A DNA stretch of 58,860 nt, the filler included, from Sphacelaria rigidula (Eukaryota): NCBI GenBank assembly GCA_964200075.2. It is 3 parts of 3 records of this genome, joined end to end, with 100 filler letters (N's around TTAATTAATTAA, not from the genome) between each part and the next. Parts side by side here need not be neighbours in the genome. Positions count along the whole stretch, not along the records: positions 1 to 19,559 come from CAXNAA020000646.1; positions 19,660 to 39,214 come from CAXNAA020000647.1; 1 more part is not named here. One strand, written 5' to 3'. This document shows positions 11,335 through 23,300 of this stretch, piece after piece. The notes under the pieces are model-generated. The model did not search any database. It saw only the letters and a program-made list of their open reading frames with translations, and was not told the origin of the DNA. A program made the translations under genes and the position numbers. Within the stretch, counting starts at the first letter, position 1; every line of letters starts with the position of its first letter.

Positions 11335-13170
11335 TGATGGTCGAGCCACACGGGGTGTCCCAACATCACTCTCAAAGAACTCACAAAGTCGGGGGTTGCG
11401 GTATGCAAACGGCCGACCGGTGTAGAGATTGCAGTCGAGTGGTGCAATACTCTACCACACGTGACTCCAAGACCATAGAGTCCGACTCAGCACTGCATCA
11501 AGCATACTGTAGACTAACTTTCACGTGCAGAGGAGTGATCTTGACTTGCTTGCAAGCGGCATGTCTCCAAATAGTTGGCGGATAGCTTTGTTATTAGGCG
11601 CTGCTACTGGGTAGCTGAACGATAAGAACCAGGTGGCTCGAAGTTGTGAGTGACTGGGTGCGGAGCACATCAAACTGGAAGACAACACCAATATGCGAAT
11701 GGAATACGATATATTGCACATGCCATGCGTACTTCGGAACGCCTACTACAGGTACAATAGATATCCGGCGTACCAGTAGCTCTTGGGTAACTGAGCACGG
11801 TGTACTTCAATCGGTCGAACCTAGTACGAACTGAGTGAGAATCGATTGTTTCAGCAGCCATGACGCAGTCCAAGCAGTGCAAGCGATGTAAAACGCTCGA
11901 AACCTGCCACCACGGGATTTCGCTGGAGGTCAACGCGGGCACGGTGGTTCTCAAGGTTGCTGCGATTCACCGCAGCGCCTAATGCGAGTGAAAGGGGGTT
12001 CTACCGGAAGCTCAGCGCAGCTCCCGACCCGGTCGACCAACAGTCGACGCGATTTACGTTGTGCGTAGACTCCAAGAACTGTACCAGGAAGAAGAATCTA
12101 CCACGGTGCGCATGTTTCATGGACCTTCAGAAGCCGTACGACTCAGGCGGCCGCCCCCTTCTCCGAAAGGTTTTTATATGATACAGCGTCCCCGCCAAGA
12201 TGATATTCATCATCCACCGATTCCACGACAGCATGCGGGCGTGCGGGCACCTTGACAGTGGCGAGACTTTTGAGTGGTTCGGCGTTAATCAGGGCCTCCG
12301 CCAAGGATGTGTGGTCGCCTCCGATTTGTCCAACATCTTCGAGGCAGCGCTGACCGTGGCGTTTGACCGTTTCTCGATCAATGAAGCGGTGGCGGATGGC
12401 TTCATAAGCGTTGCTGCAAGGGGTGGGAGGACCAGGGGCGGGCTTAGCAAGGCACTTTGGGTCATGTTGTACGCCGATGACGCTGGCATCGCTTCGCGAT
12501 CCTAACTAAGCCTGACCAAGATGATTACCGCCATCGTCGAAGTCTGTGCGGCGTTCGATCTCGTCGCGGGGAAAACGAATATGGTTACCATACACACATG
12601 TGCTCCCCCAGCATGAACGCGGATGTAGATGGGGCTAGGCGATGACGGTAGACCAAAAGTACAACCAAGTTGAGACTTTCGTCTACCTCGACGACACCAT
12701 CAACAGTATTGCCCGAGGTCAACTGTTATGGCGGATATCGACTGTATATGTAGTAGGTGTTTCGAAGTGCGCTTGGCATGTGCAATAGGTCGTATTCCAT
12801 TCACATAGTAGCGTTTTGTTCCAGCTTTGGTGAGTAGCGCACCCACTCCGTCTCCCTCACATCCTTTCAACTTCCACCACCAAGCAACTTCGGTTCTAGC
12901 CAACCAGTAGTCAAGCCTAATAACAAAGCTATCAGCCACCACTTGGAGATATCTCGCTTGCAAGCAAGTCAAGAGCACCTCTCTACACATGAAAGTGAGC
13001 CTATGTTTTTCATGATGCATGCAGTACTATTTGAACCGAACTCTCTGGTGAGTCTCTGGTGTAACACAACTGCTTGCTGCAGTACCGGTTATGCTGGCCG
13101 CTGGTGTTTCACCACCCCCAGCCTATGTCTCACGAGCCTAGTACGCCCACCCTGAAACTCGATCACAACA
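11335..13170. repeat. Diverged inverted-repeat pair (arms ~11335-11770 and ~12730-13170)
   Basis: For example cttgacttgcttgcaagcg versus cgcttgcaagcaagtcaag and gatagctttgttattaggc versus gcctaataacaaagctatc; opposite-strand ORF translations share RLTFxCRxVxLTCLQA. Confidence 0.85.
11870..12720 (+). pseudogene. Non-LTR (RTE-like LINE) reverse transcriptase fragment
   Basis: GISL...VLPEAQ...RPGRPTVD...VVRRLQEL, CFMDLQKPYDS, GVNQGLRQGCVVA, MLYADDAG, FVYL; several stops. Confidence 0.9.
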
Positions 13171-14174
13171 TGGTGCCCAATCGAGAATGTAAGTAGTACT
13201 GCGTAGTCGCATCGCTGTAGGGCTGCACTGTTTCGCGTTGTGTCTGCATACGATGTAGCGCAAAAGTCGTGCTTTCTATTTAGCTTGGGATCTTTAAAAA
13301 CAAATACATGCCTGTTCGTTCCTCGAAGTGACCCATCAGCTGGACAGAACGAAGCTGGGACACCTGGCCGCAGCGTATGCTTGCCACCTTCCGTGCCAAC
13401 ACGGCAGTACAGGTACGTCCTGTGATTCATCATTTTACGATGCGCCTGCTTTCATGTACGAGCACTGTCTTTTTTTTTATTCAAAATTCAAAATATCAGG
13501 TTGGGATCTTACAGTACCGCACGTTCGATCAATGTGTCCCATTCAGTAGTCACAGCGGGCACGCTGTGTACGAAGTGCTTCGTAGGCAGGAGGTAAGTAC
13601 TGTTGATCCACTACTAGAGAGTGAAGTGTCCCGAGACGGAAACTGGTGAACATGCGTGCGCAAAGTACACGTGGGCGGCGGTTGTTGGTGCTGTGCACCT
13701 GGATGGATTGCGAGACCGTCACCCGCGTTCATCATTCAGGTATGTACTGTGACAGAAAACAACTCCTGTTGAAGCTGGTGCTCAGGTACCTACCTATATT
13801 AGCCGGGTACATGATCGCATGGTGTTTGCACTGTACTGTATGCGGTGGCAGCGTGTTTGCACTGTCTGCAACTTTGTACCAAACAGGACTGCTCGAGCAG
13901 TTGTTCGGACCATTCTGTGTGAGTCCGAATGAATTTCTGACCAATATACGAAGCATCTATGCTGGAGTCATCCTGGGGGCGAAACATGTTCAACGCCCGG
14001 CAAATGACGAAAAGCCACTAGTATGATTGATTGATGTGCGGCATTGTGAAAAGTCATTGCGCGGGTCAAACCGTTTGGATTCGCTTCCGTTCTTCGTCAC
14101 ATCATGTCGCCACTATATTGGGATCTTCTCATCGGCGTACCCTTCGACACATCATATATCTACTCGACAAGCGG

Positions 14175-14270
14175 TATCGTCACTTCACTACATGGGGCAA
14201 CTTATCGTCACTACATGGGGCAATCTATCGTCACTACATGGGGCAACCTATCATCACTTCATGGGGCAAA
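14175..14270. repeat. 23-bp tandem repeat, about 4 copies (TATCGTCACTACATGGGGCAA core)
   Basis: Directly visible. Confidence 0.9.
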
Positions 14271-14471
14271 CAACTTTTCGCCACGACACTGCAGAGGCAT
14301 CGTGGCTTCTTCACGTCGGCAAACTTGGGGCAACCAATACCGTTGCTCGGCAGCAGTAGATACATCGATTGTATAAGATATTACGTGCAGGACTCATGCC
14401 TTGATCATTTTGTTTTGTTCACCCTTCCCCTACTGTAGCGTTGCGTTCGACTCTTCCCTTCACAGTGACTC

Positions 14472-14541
14472 ATATTTTATTATATTATATTTTATTATAT
14501 TATATTTTATTATATTATATTTTTATTCTATTGTATTTTTA
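14472..14541. repeat. (TATTA/TTTTA)n AT-rich microsatellite
   Basis: Directly visible. Confidence 0.9.
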
Positions 14542-15669
14542 TCTGCTATTTACGTCTTTAGTTGTTTTTGAGGTTTCGGAATTACACACGAACATCGGAA
14601 GAGCACGCACTAATACTACACCCCCCGTCCGCCCCTTCCGCTTTTGCTGTTCGATTTTGCTCGCTCCTGTCGCCCCGAACGTGCCTGCGCAATGCCGCGA
14701 GTCATACCATGGTCGTTGGTATCGCATCATACCATGTTTATTTCCTCTCCCGCTGGTATGTTTCTTGCTGTTATATACTTTTTCTCTTTCGCTATCACAC
14801 TATTTTATACTATTATAGTGATCCCTTTCCCTCATCGTCTGCATGTAGCAGTCGTAGCCCACGATGCACTATTTACGTAATTTTTCCCGTTCACCGACTC
14901 ATTGATTTTGTTTTCTTTTTACCCCCTGTCTGGCGTATGGTAACCCGTAATTTTCTGCCGTTTTTCTCCTCTCTTTCTACATTTTCAGTATGGTCTCTCT
15001 ACTCCCCGTGGTGATTTTACTCTAGAGCCATCTTCGCTATTTGTTTTTGCTACTTTCATGTTGCAAGCGTACAGCCCCGCCCATCCATGGTGTTTCTTTT
15101 TGGCAAATATTTTGCTAGAGCCGTTGCCTGATGCACGAAAGTACATCGCAGGTACATTTGCCTTGAGAAACCTACGAAACTTCAGGGACGACCGTTACGC
15201 ACAACAAGAGCCAACTCGGGGTAACGGGTGAAAGGGAGCATCGACAGCGGCTCCACCAATCGCAGCCAATGGAGGTTTGGTAGACATCGGAGAAGGTGAT
15301 GTAACTGACTATGTATCGGGAAGGTTGTAGTGTAAGGTTAACAGGTAGGTGAGTCGGAGAAACGGGAGCTGGTAGACGTCCTGCTGGGCTTTCTGGCCTG
15401 GGCCGTTCTCCACGGACCCGAAGCAGGTTCTGGTCACCATCAACGGTAAGCCAGAACCACCCCTCGTTTGAGAGTACTGTACCCCAATCGCGCAAATCAA
15501 CACCATTTCGTTTTTGCCGAGTAGCGTCACGTAGCTCCCCAAGTGGTAGACCCGAGAACGCCCGCACAGCACCGATCAAGGTTCCGTAACAGGTGTGAGT
15601 ACTGGTCATTCCGCACAGTTAGCGAATGAACGAAGGTAGGCGAAGTGCTCTCCGCGGGGGATGGGACGC

Positions 15670-15853
15670 ATTCTGTTCCTTGATACGTGATCCATAAACA
15701 GGGATAGCTAGACATGACTGATGAAGTCGATCAAAGGACACGGCTGAGCCGATCATGTTGTATTCTGTTCCTTGATACGTGATCCATAAACAGGGATAGC
15801 TAGACATGACTGATGAAGTCGATCAAAGGACACGGCTGAGCCGATCATGTTGT
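15670..15853. repeat. Exact 92-bp tandem duplication
   Basis: 15670-15761 equals 15762-15853. Confidence 0.95.
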
Positions 15854-16409
15854 TGTAGAAGAGTAGTATTACATAGCTTGACTGAGCAAGTCAAGGAAGG
15901 AAAGAGAACGAAGAGAACGAAGTGAACTCGTGTGGCTACCCAAACCCTTGGTAAGCGGAGTTCCCAGACATTGCGTACGTGAGTACAAGACATACGCCTA
16001 CTATGGTATCAAATCCCACCGCATGTGTAACTGTCACAATCCGTGAAGACGGATACCTCTGTACCGTGGCTGATCAGTACTACTGTAGACTACACTGAAA
16101 AGGCTGTTCACCTCAACACCTTCTTCACCCGCAGACCTCCAACTGAACACAGTGGCGAATGATCGTGCTGTGCAGACCCTTACGCATCCAACTTGATCGC
16201 CAGCACGGAGACCCTTTGCGAGAACAGGTGCAACCGGACCTGAGGGGGGGCGTACTCACTTGTCGCTTGCCTCAGTCGTTTGACCATTGACCACGTATCC
16301 CTTTCGAAACGGATCATCGCTCCTACTCCTAATAGAGACACCTCCAACATTCCGGCGCGCATTACGCTTCTTCCATAGCTCATGACGTTTCTTCCATACA
16401 TTCCGCGAA

Positions 16410-17545
16410 AACCTTTTCACATATCAAATACATCAGACGATTTCATGTCACCTTCATTCACGTCCCGCATTTTTCCCTCTAGCACGTCCCGTTCCTCCTT
16501 GTATAGTTCACATCGTGCCACTTTATGACTTCTGCTCTCTATTGCTTTGCCACAGAGGTAGTTCTCTCTATCAACTTCTTCCTCTTTCCGATTACTGGTA
16601 TACATATTTCTTCTTTTTTCTGTTCCTCCTTTTTCTCAGAGAGTGTTTCAGTTTCGTTCTTCTTGGGTACGTCAATCATGAGATTACGGCTGGACCCCTG
16701 GGGGGTCAGTTGAAGTGCGACAAATCACTGAATCAATCAATCAATCTTTCCTGCAGGTTCAGGTCCCCCACCCGAAATCGCAGGTTCAATTTTTTCGCCG
16801 CGTCCACGAGGCCATGCAAATATGCTTTCATCCCTGCCTCCTCTCTCTACCCCCCGTATATCTCCAGGTGTTGTTTCTCGTCTATCCTACGTCTGAACGC
16901 TCCTTTTTTCCCTTGTTTCTTTATCTTACTCTTGTCTTGTACCCCGCGCCTTCACCTACTACAGCTGGTAGTCTCTTTCTCGGCATGTTCTTCAGGCCAT
17001 ATCACCATCTCAATTTCTCATGCCTTCTGTTTTTTTCAAGTGAGTAAATTCCCAACTCTAATCTCAAAACTGTATCACTCGTCGTTTTCGAGCATCCAAG
17101 TATCTTGTTAACTGCTGCCATCTGTACTGTTTCTAACTGTTTCGCCAATTTCACGTTCCACTCTCATACTTCTCCTGCATATTCCAGCTTTGGTACAATC
17201 ACGTTCATCAGGATACACCCCTTGATCCTAGTGTCTAAGTGCGAATCTCTGAAGCTCACGTCCGTCCTTTCTCTCTGTGCCTTCCCTTTTCTATCACATT
17301 TTTCATGTGTGCATCCCAGGAACAGTGTTTTGAGATCTCGTCGCCAAGGTATGTATACTGGTCTACGATCGGCAGTTCATCTCCTCCCCACTTTCACTTT
17401 AACTCTACTGGATTTTTCTTATCTGCGTTACAGACGAGTACCGCGCATTTGTTGACATTCGCTGTCACGCTCCATTTCCTCGTGTATTCTAGCACCTCGT
17501 CTATTTATTGCAATCTTTCTGCTGTTCCTGAAATCCTGACAAAAT
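16410..17545 (-). pseudogene. LINE fragment: RT C-terminus and downstream domain, interrupted by a short insert
   Basis: KWSVTANVNKCAV, LPIVDQYTYLG, IVPKLEYAGEVW, LRFRVGDLNL...ESRSHKVARC; frameshifted. Confidence 0.85.
16610..16746 (+). mobile_element. 5'-truncated retroposon 3' end with (AATC)n tail
   Basis: Homologous to 55073-55288 on the opposite strand; interrupts the LINE reading frame. Confidence 0.75.
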
Positions 17546-17549
17546 AATC

Positions 17550-19100
17550 GGACCGGAGGGGGAAACGACTGCCAAAACGGTAGGTGAGAGGCAATCCGAA
17601 AACAAAAGTGGATCGATAACTGCGAGTCGATGATGAGCAGCTGCCGGCAGTTCCAAAAATAATGATCGCCGACCTGTTAGCACTTGTTCACATATTTCAT
17701 GAAAAATTAGCAGTAGGCGCCACCCTATTCACGATGCGTGACCACCTCTTTTTGTCAACGAGGACGAAAGATATCGAGCAAGATGTACTGCCATGCAGTT
17801 GCAGAGGCCCAAGAGATCAAGCAGTCGCCAAACGACCATCAGGTAGGGGCGTGCGGTAGACCCATGGGACGAGGTGATCAACTTGCCAATGATTTAGGTA
17901 ATGTTGCACGCACATACATACATACATACATCTGCCGGGATTTTGACCCCGCTTCCCGATCCCCATTCGATTTTCTACAGACATCAACACAAGTCAACGA
18001 GGTGGTCCGTGCCCCTGCGGAATGTGCCTAACCTCCGATGCCCCTCAAAAGATTCGCTGAACAGAGGAGAAGAGTTCAGCGTGGGGGCAATCACCCATTT
18101 GGGCAGGTGACTGAAAGAGTACATCGCTTTCCGAAGCGTCAATTCTCCCACGCGGTCAGGACGCAGTCGTAAGACTAGGAGAATCGCTACTGATATGTTG
18201 TCGGAGCTTTGCAAGTGAAGACGTCAGGTGGGGTGAGCACGTCCCATTGGCTCTTTGAACCAAGCGCACATTGCTTGACACGCTGCTTCCCTCCCCGAGT
18301 TGCCGTGTCGACGTAAAACCACGCATATATCTAAGCTGACTTGCACCCATCTCACAAGAAGCAAAACCGAGTATAGGATTGGACCCTTTGGTAAAACAGC
18401 GCGAAGAGCACCCATGCGAGGTAAGACTGGTGATGGATCCGGAGAGGGAGATCTGAACGAGTCGGGATGGCAACGGCAGGAAACTGCAGCGCTAGTACAA
18501 GGTACATGAAAAGTTGACAAGGATCGATGACATCACGCGGTCTGAACGTGGAGATGCAAGAACACAACATACGTACGCGCATGATGGCCCGCCATAGGTC
18601 GAACCGCATCTCGTTACCAGCCTCACCTGAGATACTCATTCGCAGACGGGTCCGCCTAGTTTGCCTGAACACTAGACTTCAAGGCGAAGCCAACCTTTAA
18701 CCCAAAACCCAACCTCCTCACCCGGAAAGATCGCCCCGAGTCTCAATCCGAAAAAGAAAATGAGGTTAGAAATAGCGAAGACAGGCCCAGGATGGAGCAA
18801 TGTCGGAGTGGCTACCAGGAAGCGGAATCCTGGAAAGCCTCACGCTTCCACGAGTGGACGGGTCCCACGCCCTTTGGCATCTGCACCGCCCAACCAAGGC
18901 ATCAAGTATACCATCCCGCCCGAGCACGCCATGTCCCTCTGTCGTGCAGTGATGCTCTGAACTTGTTCTCCATAGGTTCCGCATTCTGGAAGGATTTTGA
19001 CGGAGCTGAGCATAAGGCACAAGCGTTTGACGGCGGCAGACGCTTCTGGGGAGTGACAAGTCGACGGCGACTACGAGGAATCTTCACGTAAAGATCTCTA
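17550..19100 (-). pseudogene. Heavily decayed DIRS/Ngaro-like retroelement (RT, RNase H, possible start of tyrosine recombinase)
   Basis: SRCFTKGSNPILGF...G...RYMRGF resembles DIRS RT (FTK...YxDD); LDVSS and SDN resemble RNase H; SSTRSYRS resembles the YR N-terminus. All motifs are degenerate. Confidence 0.5.
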
Positions 19101-19559
19101 GTAAGTGGCCCAGACGAGCGAGCCTATACATCAACGAAGCAGAGAGAATAATTAATATTGTGCGAAGGAGAGCGCAGGGGAGCATTTCGTGCTGCACTAC
19201 AAAAGAAGCGAGCAGCAGTCTTGTATTTTTTCTTCTTTTTTAGGGAATAAGCAGTAGTTCAGTACTGTTTCTTTCCTTTCATTGGAACAGCCGTACATTG
19301 TTTCTTCTACTGTCTTCGGGATTGTTTTTACTCATGTATTCCCCTCATCATGAGCGTGTTCTCCCGTTATCATGAGCTCGCTCATATATCTTGTTATTGT
19401 TTCCGTTTTCATTTCTTCACTTTTCAACGTTTGATTTTGATTTTCGGGACATCGTCTGGACTTTTTTGCCTCGCTCTTTTTTTACGGGTCGGAATTTGTC
19501 CCTCTAAGGCCGCTCCTTGTAATAGACAAGAATAAAAAATCTGGAAAAGTGTCTTTTTG

Positions 19560-19659
19560 NNNNNNNNNNNNNNNNNNNNNNNNNNNNNNNNNNNNNNNNN
19601 NNNTTAATTAATTAANNNNNNNNNNNNNNNNNNNNNNNNNNNNNNNNNNNNNNNNNNNN
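19560..19659. other. Artificial assembly spacer
   Basis: 44 N + TTAATTAATTAA (six-frame stop) + 44 N. Confidence 0.99.
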
Positions 19660-20138
19660 AAGAAGAAGAAGGGAGGGGAGGGGGGGGGGGGGGGGGGGGG
19701 GAGGGAAGAAACCGAGCGGAGGGAGACATGCACATGGAGGTCAATGAGTTATATATACAGTTACCTTAGATTTTCAAAGCATCGCATGAGCTCTCTAAAA
19801 ATTGAGGGTCGGGTACGTTCGTCATTTGACCACGGCAAGACTCTGGGGGTACCGTAAAGGTGCGATAATGAATCCGTCACAGCCGAACATGGGGTGGGGG
19901 CCATAGTGTTCGAACTGAGATATGAGCCACCCTCTTCCTGAAGACAGAAAACGAACTATTCCAAAGGCAAGCGGATATCGAGAGCTAAAATCCAACTACC
20001 AAAACCACGAAGGGGACAAGAGCAAGTCGTTCTCGAAAGCGAGCAGTCGAGCAGTAAGCCAAAACCAGCACGGCAACGCAACGCCCTGCATCAACACAAA
20101 ATCACAAGCCGCGAGCAACAGAAGGAGTGAAGACTCAC

Positions 20139-20330
20139 CAATTCGTGAAGCTGTTTCTTCTCCTCGAAGAGACTGGACAAATCGCCCCCTTCTTCGTCGC
20201 GCGCCTTGCTCATCTCCTCGAGAGTAGTGAAGGCAGCCTTGATCTTCTCTTGAACGGCCTTCAGCTCTGCCTTCTTCTCCGACTCAGTCTTGCGTGCGGC
20301 ACCGTAACCGTCCTTCGCCTTACCGACCGC
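20139..20330 (-). CDS. BFR1: BFR1-like coding exon 6 (AVGKAKD...KKQLHEL)
   Basis: AAG acceptor, GTGAGT donor, 192 bp, phase 0-0. Confidence 0.88.
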
Positions 20331-23300
20331 CTTTCGATTGTATCAAAACAAGGAGGGAGGGGGGGGTACTCGTTTGTTGATTGCCTTAGTCGTTTGACCA
20401 TTGACGACGCATCCCTTTTGATACGAGGGAGGGGGGGACGCAAAACACATTACAGTAGAGGTTTCGCGCTTCAAGGTTCGGCTGGTACCGTTTAACCCCG
20501 GTTTAGTGGTTGTATGACCGCTCAACCGGATAGTTGCCGGTTTAACGGTTTTTTAGGGCGGTTTCAGCCAAAATAGCGGCTGTGTGCCCCGCAGTACGGC
20601 GGCAGTGCAGCAGCAGCACCGGGACCCCTAGTGTACGTGAAAAGAAAGCTACTACGAGCACAGTCCGCTGTTCGTCGTGAACATGTACTAAATTGCTGGA
20701 CTAGCCTGTTGCGTTGCTTGTACAAATATAGAAAAGTCAATCGAAAATGTGAATAGTTGGCGCCGGAATGTAAACACGTGGGCGTGTGTGTGCTCCGTGC
20801 TGCAAGCCTCTGCATAGACTTCGGGACTCGTTGGTTGTCGAGGGCGCAATTCACCAACAAACCCCAATAGGAAGCGGAAATTGACGTGATCCTATATCAA
20901 AGAGGGTGGAAATCGGCTGACGTAATGATTCACGTGTGTGGCTTCTCTTTCCTACGCCTAACAAGATTTCCGTGAGGTTGGGCGTTTAGTTTCTGATGGA
21001 GAGTGTGGTTTGTGGCCGTTTGTACCGTTGGCCTCATTTTCACTTGAAAATTCCGTACGTGGCGGTCAAATAGTTAGAATTCAAAAGGTGAAGTACTTGG
21101 GGATGTTTGTGCTTGTTTTGTTTTGTTTGGCTCAAGTGTAACTCAGTGCTTCAAGTCGCACGCTGCGCTCTTGTGTGCCCCGTGTGCAGCACTACACGCG
21201 CTGTGCTAGACATGTGTTGGCAAGAAGACATGCTGTAGCGCACAGTAGGAAGGAGTCTCGGGCACTTGTGGTGTACACGTATCAGGATGGTGAAATGGTG
21301 TGGGCAGGGAGGGGCTATACTTCTCTTCATGATTTTTTTTTACTTCGAAATACAGTCTACATACGTTCTGGTCTACGTTCTCAGTCTCTTGTGCACTATC
21401 GCAGCTGTAGTCGTACAAATGGTTCTACTGCTGTATACAGCGGTCACACATGACGCTATCGAAATTAGATGTCATCAAACGCAATGCTGCTCTTATGCGG
21501 AGTTGACGGGGGTTTTCCGGTTTAGCGGTTCCCAGGACCCGGAATAGCGGTTAAGAACCGCTAAATCGATTCAGCGGTTGGTTTGTGTTTGGCGGTTATT
21601 TTCCGTTTAGACACCAGGGATCGCTAAACCAGGACCCCTACTGTAACCAAAGGATTGCTGGAAATCTTCGGGATAGTTTACATCATGTATATTCTCAACA
21701 TTTGCAGGAAGTGCGACGGATGTTGAAATCAACGAGTATATTCACAGTGGTGCACTTTACATTTATGACAACATACATCGTCGAGCGGAGTGTTCTTGAG
21801 CTAACCTTCAACCAAAATAGGTGGGGAAATGAGAAAAAAAAAAGGTGTAAAAAAAATATCTGTGTACATGTTACCCACGCACATAGCCCATACGTTTTCC
21901 AGTCACATACACACTAACGGGGTGTAGGTGCTGCGTAACTTAAACGCACCTACACATGCGTGGCACACGGGGGATAAACCAGGGTAAAAACAAAAGTCCG
22001 GATGCAACCGTCTGCGTCAGCACTGCACTTAGATATACAGCATATATACAAGGAGCCCGAGACGATACGCGCCCCCGGAGGACGCTACTCGGGTAGGGCC
22101 GCCCCACGCGTGGGGCGCGCCGCAGGCAAAAAAGATGGGCTATTCCCGTGAAGATATGCCGAAAAATGATAAAAATTAAAGTCATCGAATGATTGATTGT
22201 CGCGCCTGAACTCATCCCGTACCCGAGATGTGACACATGAGTTGCTGTATGTATTAGTTCACATTGGTGAGAATTACACCCGAATTTTCTTGCGGCAGCT
22301 ACAAATGGAGCTCCACGACACTTGCGCTGGCGCACATGCACGCGCACACGCACTTTTTTTAACCCTGCTGAGTAAAAACACTTGATTGCATGTCACCATC
22401 CGCGGGTACAAATGGGAACATCATGTACCCCCCGTAGACGGTCCACTCTTCTCGCAGTTGAAGGACTGAGCGTTTGGGAATCACTACAAAAAAGGATTAC
22501 CTTTACACGTCGGACAGGTCATGAGCTACCTGATTATCACCTTTCATATACCAGCACGTGGCAAGGTAATCGGAGAGATCGCACAAGGGGACATTTTAAA
22601 TCCCGATAGATCTCCCGTAGTTACATGGATCTCATTCGGATCCATCATGGTGTAGGTGCGCTTTTCCTCATAGATACCTTGTTTCTTGCCTTCCTCTGCA
22701 GGCTGTTTGATTTATGGGTATGAGAGGTACTCCTTGCACTGTGACCACGGGTTCGAGATATCGAGCTCATGTAACGAACATAATAGTGATAATGCACTGA
22801 TCGTCAGCCGTATGTACTCTCGTTCGTCATTATTTTTATCCCTGTTTTGCTTGTATTGTATCTTGTGAGCTTTTAATCTGCCTCTATTTTTTCATTTTTG
22901 GGGGGGGAGTTGCTTGCCTGTGACCACGGAAGGCGTTCGCAACAGATGCCCAGGAAGAATGTATCTCATTGATATCGGAACGGTTTTTAATGTCAAGACA
23001 ACAACAACAACTGATCCGGATCATGGGCTGAGCTCGTATGACCTCTTTTCCCATATTTCTTTCCTACGGCACTCGACGCCAAGTATACGGAGTAGCGCCA
23101 AGATAGTGGTTTGGCTTCTCGGACAACGCTGCCACGTATCTTGTGTGTGTGGACAAAGGATCAACAGTCCTTTTCGATTGGCTATTTCAGGTAGCTCATG
23201 AGCTGCCCGACATGTGATTAATTCGACACGGTGTCTACGGCGTGTTTCTTCGAACGATCGATCAGTGTGTACGCGCTTTTTGAGGGCGACAAAAAGTTCG

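Noticed and set aside
11870..12720. Retron, DGR or group II intron RT system
   Set aside because: The motifs (GLRQGC, YADD, FVYL) are LINE-type, the frame is broken, and no ncRNA or template/variable repeat pair is evident.
14175..14270. Mini-CRISPR or iteron array
   Set aside because: Head-to-tail 23-bp repeats with no spacers.
15325..16093. Solo LTR with TGTAGT...ACTACA ends
   Set aside because: There is no target-site duplication and no second copy in the window.
19604..19615. TTAATTAATTAA palindrome as a biological site (also 39259-39270)
   Set aside because: It is centred in N runs and is an artificial six-frame-stop linker.
1..20138. Giant (>20 kb) intron 6 of the BFR1-like gene containing the LTR elements
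   Set aside because: A spacer separates unlinked contigs at 19560-19659, and I found no further exon in piece 1.
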